Positions 27,786 through 35,210 of a stretch of DNA of 64,000 nt are shown in pieces (position 1 is the stretch's first letter; each line of letters opens with the position of its first letter). The position numbers were made by a program, and so were the translations under genes. The notes beneath the pieces were generated by a model. It did not search any database. It saw only the letters and a list, made by a program, of their open reading frames with translations, and had not been told where the DNA came from. The DNA is from an uncultured Acidobacteriota bacterium (lineage in GTDB: Bacteria > Acidobacteriota > Thermoanaerobaculia > Multivoradales > UBA5704). The DNA lies in contig OY969474.1 in NCBI GenBank assembly GCA_963700145.1, forward strand, positions 2,816,001-2,880,000, read 5' to 3'.

Positions 27786-28892
27786 ATGCTCCGGGCTCCC
27801 CTCCTCGCCGCGCTCCTCGGCCTGGCCGCCGCCGCGCCGGGGTGGGCGTTCGCCGACGACGCTGGCGCCGTCCTCTGGCACTTCGACACCGGCGGCTGAC
27901 TCTTCACCGCCCCCGCGGTCGCGGAGGACCTCCTCTACACCGGCGCCTGCCCCGGCAACTTCTACGCTCTCGAGCGCGCCACTGGGCGGGTGCGCTGGCA
28001 GTTCGACACCGCGCGCGGCGGCGGCCCCAAGGCGCTCTTCCACGGGCACCCGGTGGTCGCGGGCAACCTGGTCATCACTCCGTCCGACGGCCGGCCGATC
28101 TCGTCCGTCTACGCCTTCGACCGCGCCACCGGAGCGCTGCGCTGGGAGTGGCCGGCCGAGGGCGGGGTGGAGGCCGACCTCGTGCTAGCCGGCGGCCGCG
28201 TGCTCGCCCTCACCGGCACCGCCGAGCTTGCGGCGCTCGACGCGCGGACCGGCAAGGAGCTGTGGCGACTGGCCCCGGACGGCCCGCAGCCGCGGCAGGA
28301 GCTCCACAAGAGCGCGCCGGCGGCCGGGGAGGGCCGGGTGTTCTTCGAGAGCGCCGTCGGCCGCCTCTACGCCGCCGACCTCGGCACCGGCAGGGTGCTC
28401 TGGCAGCGCGACTTCGGACTCGACGTCACGACCTCGCTCCTGCTCACCAAGCGAGGCTTGTTGATCGGCCTCGCCGACGGGCGAATCGTCCGGCTCGACC
28501 CGAAGACCGGTGACGTCGAGACCGCCCTGGCGGTGGACGGCGTGCCGCGCGGCCCGCTGGTGCTCGCCGAGGGCGTTCTCCTCGTCCTGCTCGACAGGGA
28601 AGGGACGCTGCTGGCGGTGGAGGAATCGCTCGCCAAGACCCTCTGGCGGCGCGAGCAGGTGGGCAAGTGGAGCGCACCGCGGCCGACCGTGCGGGGCGAC
28701 AGCGTGCTGATGGGCACCGCGCAGGGGGAGCTCCAAGCCTACGCGCTACGCGACGGCGCGCCGCGCTGGCGTTCTGCCTTCGAGGGCGTGCTGCGCGGGA
28801 TCGGCGTCGCCGGCGACGCGCTCTACGTCGGCACCGAGGGCGGCCGCCTGTACGCCTACCGGCCCGATGCTGGCTCGCCTCGCTCTCGCTAG
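27786..28892 (+). CDS. Exported PQQ-like (BamB-like) beta-propeller with in-frame UGA at codon 38, candidate selenoprotein
   Basis: ATG 27786, signal peptide, LWHFDTGG-TGA(27897)-LFTAPAV...GACPG...RWQFDT in frame with the 27990 ORF; CCGC-GGTC-GCGG hairpin at 27913-27924. Confidence 0.75.
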
Positions 28893-29177
28893 CGGCGCGG
28901 TCGCGCTTCTGCTGTTCCGCCGAGCAGCGGTGGCCGCTGCGGCACCCGACCGCGGCCTTGCTGGCGCGCCTGGCGGTCAATCTGATCCTCGCCGCGGGAG
29001 CGTTGGGGGTGCCGGCCTACGCCGCGCCCGCCGACAACTGGCGGCGGCCCGACGGCGCACCGGCCCGGCGCAGCGAAGCGCTCCCAGGGCGGCCGGAGGA
29101 CTTGGCGGAGTGACGCAGAACGCCCCGGCGTCAGACGGTCTTTAGAATTAGGAGCGCGACCCACAGGAGATAAGGAC

Positions 29178-30923
29178 ATGACTCGATCTTCGGATCCATT
29201 CCCGACAGACGCCGCCGGTCTGCCCGAGGCGCGCCCCTCCGAGCCGGTCGACCTCGGCGACGGGGACCAGTTCGACCTTCGCATCGCGCCGGTGGCGAAG
29301 CAACTCGGCGGCGCGACCGTGCGGATGCTGGCCTACAACGGCTCGATTCCCGGCCCGACGCTGCGAGTGCGGCAGGGGTCGAGGCTCGTGGTCGACGTCG
29401 CCAACGAGGGCGACCTCGAAGCGACGGTGCACTGGCACGGGCTGCGCCTGGAGAACCGCTACGACGGGACGGCCGAGACGCAACCGCCGATCCCCATCGG
29501 CGGCAGCTTCACCTACGAGATCGAGTTCCCGGACCCGGGCGTCTACTGGTACCACCCGCACATCCGCGAGGACTACGGCCAGGAGATGGGCCTGTACGGC
29601 AACATCGTGGTCGTGCCGGCTGAGCCGGACTACTGGCCGCCGGTCCACCGCGAGCTCACCCTCACTCTCGACGACATCCTGCTGGAGGACGGCACGGTCG
29701 CCCCGTTCGACCGGTCGCACCCCACGTACACGGCGATGGGCCGGTTCGGCAACGTGCTGCTGGTCAACGGCGAGCCCGAGCTGGCGCTCGCGGCGCGGCA
29801 GGGCGAGGTCCTGCGGCTCTACCTGACCGACACCGCGAACACGCGGGTCTTCAACGTCGCCGTGCGCGGCGCGCGCATGAAGCGCGTCGGCGGCGACAGC
29901 GGGCACTACGAGCGGGAGGAGCTGGTCGAGAGCGTGGTGCTCGCGCCCTCGGAGCGGACCGTGGTCGACGTCCTGTTCGACCGGCCCGGCCAGGCGACCC
30001 TCGAGCACCGCACGCCCGGCCGGACGTACACGCTGGCCACGATCGCCGTGAGCGACGAGCAGGCGGAGCCGTCGCTGGCGCCGCGCTTCGCGGACCTCCG
30101 CACCAACCCCGACCTGGCGGCCGAGCGCCAGCGGATCGCGCCCTATCTCGAGGCCGCGCCGGACAAGACGCTCGCCCTGGTCGCCGAAATGGACATGGGC
30201 GCGCCGGAGCTGCCGGCGGGCGCGGCGGTCGAGTACTACTGCCCCATGCACGCGGAGGTGGTCAGCGCCGAGCCGGGCCGGTGTCCGAAGTGCCACATGA
30301 AGCTGCTCCCCCGCGAGGCCGCGGCACCGGCATACGCGTGCCCGATGCATCCCGAGGTGCGGAGCGCCGAGCCCGATCGCTGCCCCAAGTGCGGCATGAA
30401 GCTGGTGCCGGCGCAGCTCGTGCCCGAGCCCGGGCACGGCGAGCACCAGCACGGGCCTTCCCACGGCGATGACGGCGGGCACCCGCACGAGCACGACGGG
30501 GACCAGGCGCCCGAGCACCTCGGCATCGAGTGGGAGGACGACATGGTCGAGGTAAACCGCATGACCACCCCGGCCAACATGCGCTGGAAGCTGATCGACC
30601 GGGCGACGGGCGCCGAGGGCGCGGCGATCGACTGGCGGTTCCGCGTCGGCGAGCGGGTGAAGATCCGGCTGGTCAACGAGATGGACTCGGATCACCCGAT
30701 GCACCATCCCTTCCACCTCCACGGGGCGGGGCGTTTCCTGGTCCTCGCCCGCGACGGAGCCCTCGAGCCCAACCTCGTCTGGAAGGACACGGTCCTGGTG
30801 CGCACCGGCCAGACGGTGGACATCCTCCTCGAGGTCACCAACCCCGGCGTGTGGATGGCGCACTGCCACATCGCCGAGCACCACGAGAGCGGGATGATGT
30901 TCTGCTTCCTCGTCGAGCCGTAG
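29178..30923 (+). CDS. Three-domain multicopper oxidase with two inserted CPMH heavy-metal-binding domains
   Basis: HWHG, YHPH, HPFHLHG, HCHIAEHHESGM; YYCPMH...CPKCHM and YACPMH...CPKCGM; His-rich linker; no signal peptide visible. Confidence 0.92.
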   Translation: MTRSSDPFPTDAAGLPEARPSEPVDLGDGDQFDLRIAPVAKQLGGATVRMLAYNGSIPGPTLRVRQGSRLVVDVANEGDLEATVHWHGLRLENRYDGTAETQPPIPIGGSFTYEIEFPDPGVYWYHPHIREDYGQEMGLYGNIVVVPAEPDYWPPVHRELTLTLDDILLEDGTVAPFDRSHPTYTAMGRFGNVLLVNGEPELALAARQGEVLRLYLTDTANTRVFNVAVRGARMKRVGGDSGHYEREELVESVVLAPSERTVVDVLFDRPGQATLEHRTPGRTYTLATIAVSDEQAEPSLAPRFADLRTNPDLAAERQRIAPYLEAAPDKTLALVAEMDMGAPELPAGAAVEYYCPMHAEVVSAEPGRCPKCHMKLLPREAAAPAYACPMHPEVRSAEPDRCPKCGMKLVPAQLVPEPGHGEHQHGPSHGDDGGHPHEHDGDQAPEHLGIEWEDDMVEVNRMTTPANMRWKLIDRATGAEGAAIDWRFRVGERVKIRLVNEMDSDHPMHHPFHLHGAGRFLVLARDGALEPNLVWKDTVLVRTGQTVDILLEVTNPGVWMAHCHIAEHHESGMMFCFLVEP

Positions 30924-30928
30924 GCTCC

Positions 30929-31951
30929 CTACGGGCAGAGCCCGCAGGTCGAGCTGGTCTTCGTCACCGTCCCCTGGCAGGCGACGTCCGCTCCCGTGGC
31001 GCAGGCGACGGTGCCGACCGTCGAGTCCGCGATCACCCCGTTGGCGAAGGTCTGCAGGTCGAGCGGGCGGGCGAGGCTCGAGCCGGCGACCGTCAGGGTC
31101 GAGTTGGTGAGCACGAAGTTCGTCCCCGCCCCCGCCGGCTGCGTCACGTCCGCGAGGTTGATCTGGCTCTTCGTGTCGGCGATGACGCGGCCGTCGAGCG
31201 TCCCGGTCTCCCAGTTGACGACCGACTCCAGGTCGGCGCGCAGCGCCGGCCCGGTCGTCGCCGCGACGTCGGTGTCGAAGCCGTCGATCCGGCCGCCGCC
31301 GAACGCCCGGAAACCGATCGGCCCGGAGACGTTCGAGGTCTCGAGGAACAGCTCCCCGGCGGCGTCGACGATCCCGGCCGCGCCGGCGTTGCCGTGGATC
31401 TCGCAGTCGGTGCAGCCGATGCGCGCGACGCGCGCCACCGAGAGCGCCGCCTGGCCGTTGTTCTCCAGGCGGCAGTCGCGCAGCAGCGCGAAGGTGCCGC
31501 CGGAGAAGCGGGCGCCGATGCCGGCGTTGCCGCTGATCCAGACGTTGGTCAGGCTGACGTTCGCCTCGTAGGCCACGAGGCCGCCGGCGGCGCCGTTCTC
31601 GAGCGACAGGTTCTCGAAGTTGACCGAGAGCTGCCCCTGGACCGCGACCGGGCCGCTGAAGGCCGAGTCCGAGACCACCACCAGCGCGTCGGCGCTCGTC
31701 GGCCCGACGATGCCGTCGAGGGCGGGGTCGGTGCCGCGGATCGTGACGCCGGAGCGCCGGATCCACAGGCCCTCCTGGCACTTCCCCTGGACCTCGACGA
31801 CCAGGGGATCGGCCTTGTCTTCCAGGGCGGCCTGGATGCTGTCGCCCTTGGCGCACTTGACGACCACGGTCTTGGCGACCGCCGGCGATGAAACGGAGGC
31901 GGCGAGCGCCGCCCAGAGCACGGCCACGAGGAAACCCCTCGTCCAACGCAT
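30929..31951 (-). CDS. Secreted right-handed beta-helix repeat protein
   Basis: AAGGAGG RBS; signal peptide; GDSIQAAL; repeated ISGN/LENN/IHGN coils. Confidence 0.75.
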   Translation of the reverse strand: MRWTRGFLVAVLWAALAASVSSPAVAKTVVVKCAKGDSIQAALEDKADPLVVEVQGKCQEGLWIRRSGVTIRGTDPALDGIVGPTSADALVVVSDSAFSGPVAVQGQLSVNFENLSLENGAAGGLVAYEANVSLTNVWISGNAGIGARFSGGTFALLRDCRLENNGQAALSVARVARIGCTDCEIHGNAGAAGIVDAAGELFLETSNVSGPIGFRAFGGGRIDGFDTDVAATTGPALRADLESVVNWETGTLDGRVIADTKSQINLADVTQPAGAGTNFVLTNSTLTVAGSSLARPLDLQTFANGVIADSTVGTVACATGADVACQGTVTKTSSTCGLCP

Positions 31952-32019
31952 GACGACCTCCTTTCGCTGTGGGTAAGCAGGACGATTGTACGCCCCCGCC
32001 GGCAGCGCACGAGTTATCT

Positions 32020-32590
32020 CGGACCGTCCGAGATGGATCCCGGGGTGCCGGAGATTCATTGCCGGACCCTGGAGACCTGTCTCGGGGCTCCGGAGATGAA
32101 TTGGCCATGGCCCGGGATCTCTCGCCGTGCCGCCGCAACTCATCTTCCATAGCCGGAGATCTATCTCTCACCCTCGGAGACCTCCCTCCGGGCATCCGAG
32201 ATGTCCCTCCGGCGACCCACAACCTCTGGCCGTGGTGATGGTCGGCGGCCCGAGAGGAGCTCGTTGCGGCCCTGGAGTGGCGTAACGCCCGCCGGAACTC
32301 CGGAATGTCCTCGCGCGACCTGCAGACGCCCCGGTGGAGCCTCCCGATGTCCTCCCGGGACCTTCGGAACCTCCTGCGCGCCCTCCGGAACCTCCTGCGC
32401 GACGCCGGGAATCGATTGCGCAACGCCGGGAACTGGTTGCGCGCGCTGCGGAACCTCCTCCGAGCCGCTCGGAAAGGATTCCCGGCGCTCCGCAACCTGT
32501 TCCCCGGCCCGCGCAACCCATTCCCACGCTCCGGGAAAGGGTTCCGAAGCCGCCGCAGGACGTTCCACGCCTCCCGCAGGCCATTGGGCG
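32020..32590. repeat. Degenerate 21-bp tandem repeat array
   Basis: GGAGAT-containing units at 21-nt spacing, then CGGAACCTCCTGCGCGCCCTC-type units. Confidence 0.75.
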
Positions 32591-32666
32591 CCGCGCGGAG
32601 GCCGGTCGCCGCCGCTCGGCGGGCGTCGCGGAGTTCCCCCTGGGAAGGCCGAGTACAATTCCGACG

Positions 32667-33029
32667 ATGAACTCGCGGCGCCGCTTCCCCACCGTCGCCT
32701 TCGCCCTAACGGCGTGGACGCTGGTGGTGGGCCTGAGCGGTCCCCCCTGCCGCGAGCCGGCTTCCTGCCCGATGGACGAGACCGCCGCGGCGCCGACGTG
32801 CGACGGCCTCTCGTCGGACTGCTGCCAGCCGGCCGGTGAGAAGGCGCCGCAGTTGCCGGGGCCGGTCGCGCCGGCGGCGGCACCGCTGGCCATCGCGCCG
32901 AGCGCGGCCACCGAGCTGGTCGCCCTCCGCGACGCGCCCCGGCTCCTCGCGGCCGTCGAGCACCCGCCGCCCCTCGCGGTCGTCCGGGGCACCGGCCTCC
33001 ACACCCTCCTCGCCGTCTTCCTGATCTAG
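32667..33029 (+). CDS. Exported Cys-rich leader protein upstream of the merT-like operon
   Basis: TACAAT 7 nt before the ATG; signal-like N-terminus; PC...SCPM...TC...DCC; ends HPPP...GLHTLLAVFLI. Confidence 0.75.
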   Translation: MNSRRRFPTVAFALTAWTLVVGLSGPPCREPASCPMDETAAAPTCDGLSSDCCQPAGEKAPQLPGPVAPAAAPLAIAPSAATELVALRDAPRLLAAVEHPPPLAVVRGTGLHTLLAVFLI

Positions 33030-33096
33030 CGCTCCCCCCGGGAGAGGTGCGCCCCGCCGCCGTCGCGGCGTGGGTTCTCTCGCCAAGGAGGAGCGC
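33029..33096 (+). promoter_or_regulatory. Shine-Dalgarno-sequestering hairpin
   Basis: GCGCTCC (33029-35) pairs with GGAGCGC (33090-96); inner GGGAGAG/TTCTCTC and CGCCGC/GCGGCG stems. Confidence 0.65.
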
Positions 33097-33534
33097 ATGC
33101 GAGCTGGATCTCAGAGTCTGCCACCGCCCGGAGCGGCCTCGCCGAAGGTGACGGCGTCGTCGCTGCTGTCTCTCTTCACCTCGCTCGGGACGCTGGTCTG
33201 TTGCGCGCTGCCGTCGCTGCTCGTGCTCGCCGGCCTGGGCGCGACGGTGGCCTCGACGCTCTCGGCCCTCCCCTGGCTCGTCGCCCTGTCGCGGCACAAG
33301 GCGTCGACCTTCGCCGTCGCCGGCGTCCTCATCGCCGGCAACCTCGGCTACGTCTACTGGCTCGCGCCCCGATTGCGCGCCCGGGCCCTCGGCTGCCCAA
33401 TCGACGACCCGGCCGCCTGCCAGGTGGCGAGCCGCTTCAGCCGCCGCGTGCTCTGGCTCTCGGCCGCGCTCTACGGGATCGGCCTCTTTGCGGCGTACCT
33501 GCTCGGGCCCCTGCTCGCGAGGTTCGCGTCGTGA
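33097..33534 (+). CDS. MerT/MerC-like heavy-metal transport membrane protein
   Basis: LVCCALPSLLVLAGLG Cys pair in TM1; second pair CPIDDPAAC; three TM helices. Confidence 0.8.
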   Translation: MRAGSQSLPPPGAASPKVTASSLLSLFTSLGTLVCCALPSLLVLAGLGATVASTLSALPWLVALSRHKASTFAVAGVLIAGNLGYVYWLAPRLRARALGCPIDDPAACQVASRFSRRVLWLSAALYGIGLFAAYLLGPLLARFAS

Positions 33535-34400
33535 GCGCGCGAGTGCGCACGACGCTCGCCGCGGCGCTCGGTCTCGCGCTCGCCGCCTCCCCGCTCGCCG
33601 CCGCCGGACACGGCCCGGTGTACGGGCTCGCCACGCCGACGCTCGGGCAGGGGCTGTGGAGCCTGGACGTCGCCGCCATGGGGCGCTCGGGGGGCGCGGG
33701 CGAGATGGCGATGGTGCGGCCGATGCTCGGCTACGGCTTGACCGAGGACCTCCAGGTCTCCGTCTCGCTGCCGCTGTCGCTCGACGACGACCCGGGGGTG
33801 CCGCCGGCGCGGATGATGGCGATGATGCCGGGGGTCCGCGACGCCGAGCTCCTCCTCGGCTGGCGCTTCCACCGCCGGGCGCTCGGCGTCGGCGCGCGCT
33901 TCGAGTCGACCGCCTACCTCGGCCTCGAGGTCCCGACCGACGACGTCCGCGCCGGCGTGCGCACCGCGCCGGGGATCCTCGGCGGCCTTGCCACCGGCTA
34001 CGCCTCGCGCAGCCACTACGCCTGGGGCGGCGCCCAGGTCCAGCGCGCGGCGAGCGCGCGCGGCGGCGACCGCACCGGCGACATGGCGATCTGGAGCCTG
34101 GTCTACGGCTACCGGCCGCAGCGCTTCCGCGAGGAGCTCCCACACGCCGACTGGCGCTGGTTCGTCGAGCTGGTGGGCGAATACCGCGGGCGCGACGAGA
34201 TCGCCGGCCGCGCGCTGGCCGACACCGGCGGCCACGAGGTCTTCCTCGGCCCGACGGTGCTCGGGCTCTTCGGGCCCTGGGGCGTCTCCGGCGGCCCGCT
34301 CTTCCCCGTCCACAGCGACCTCCACGGCGACCAGCCGGAGGAGGACGTCCGCTTCGTCGTCAACTTCAGCTACTGGTTCGTACCGAGGAGCACGCCATGA
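33531..34400 (+). CDS. Outer membrane beta-barrel-like protein
   Basis: Signal peptide; mature N-terminal GHGP; Met-rich loop; amphipathic strands; FVVNFSYWF near the C-terminus. Confidence 0.65.
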   Translation: MSARVRTTLAAALGLALAASPLAAAGHGPVYGLATPTLGQGLWSLDVAAMGRSGGAGEMAMVRPMLGYGLTEDLQVSVSLPLSLDDDPGVPPARMMAMMPGVRDAELLLGWRFHRRALGVGARFESTAYLGLEVPTDDVRAGVRTAPGILGGLATGYASRSHYAWGGAQVQRAASARGGDRTGDMAIWSLVYGYRPQRFREELPHADWRWFVELVGEYRGRDEIAGRALADTGGHEVFLGPTVLGLFGPWGVSGGPLFPVHSDLHGDQPEEDVRFVVNFSYWFVPRSTP

Positions 34401-34909
34401 AACGACTCGTTCTGCTCTCGCTCCTGCTCACCTTGCTCGCCCCCGCCGCCGCGGCGCGCGCCGAGCTGCTGCGCATGCAGCAGGTCCTCTTCGGCATGGA
34501 CTGAGCGGTCTGCGCCCACGCCGTGCGCGTGGCGATGCAGAAGATCAAAGGCGTGGAGAAAGTCGAGGTCTCGCTCAACCGCGGCGTCGTCGACCTCACC
34601 TTCCGCCCCGGCAACACCGCGACGGTCGAAGCGGTGCGGCAGGTGGCGATCGACGGCGGCTTCGCGCCCAAGGACGCCGAGGTGCGGATCGCCGGCACGA
34701 TCGTCCACCGCGGCCAGCCCGGGCTCGCGGTCAAGGGCCTCGACGTCGTCTACCTGCTCGTCGACCACCCGAGCGCCAAGGGCCTCGCCAAGCGCCTGCA
34801 CGGCGAGCACGCCGGGAAGGACGTGGTGCTGCGCGGCGTGGTTCCGGAAACCCGGAAGGCAGGGGAGCCGCGCGTGCTGCAGGTCCAGGAACTGGTGCGG
34901 CGCGATTAG
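34397..34909 (+). CDS. Exported HMA/MerP-like protein with UxxC motif (candidate selenoprotein)
   Basis: GAGGAG RBS; signal peptide; FGMD-TGA(34502)-AVCAHAVRVAMQKIKGVEKVEVSL is the HMA GMxCxxC motif with UGA at the first Cys; hairpin immediately 3'. Confidence 0.85.
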
Positions 34910-35112
34910 CGGAAGACCACCTGCCGGAGGCTCTTGTCCTTGTCCTCGAGCAGGATCTTGTTGCCCTTCTCGACCTCGTCGTGGAGGAACTTCTCGGTGG
35001 CGATCGCCTGGCGGACGACTTCGGCCATCGTCACGCCGCGTTTGGCGGCGATCTGCTTGAGGGCCTCGACGGCGGGTTCGGGGAGGTTGAGCGAGGTCTT
35101 GACGTAGCTCAT
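34906..35112 (-). CDS. Ribbon-helix-helix (CopG-like) DNA-binding protein
   Basis: KTSLNLPEPAVEALKQIAAKRGVTMAEVVRQAI. Confidence 0.8.
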   Translation of the reverse strand: MSYVKTSLNLPEPAVEALKQIAAKRGVTMAEVVRQAIATEKFLHDEVEKGNKILLEDKDKSLRQVVFR

Positions 35113-35210
35113 GGGCGGTACTGTAGGCACCTAATAGCCGCCCGTCAATGTGGGGATCCGCGTTGACTCCTCCTATGCATGGGACTACACTCCGGACTCG
35201 TAGGACCAGA

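Noticed and set aside
28867-29145. Short ORFs between the propeller and MCO genes
   Set aside because: Hydrophobic fragments in two frames with no recognisable family; possibly a decayed membrane protein gene, but not supportable.
32020-32590. Possible CRISPR array
   Set aside because: Units are contiguous 21-mers without constant repeats separated by unique spacers, and no cas genes are present.
27897-34504. Genome-wide UGA reassignment (genetic code 4 or 25)
   Set aside because: UGA terminates clear genes at their expected ends (for example accD, the ZIP gene, the RND adaptor), so any read-through must be site-specific.
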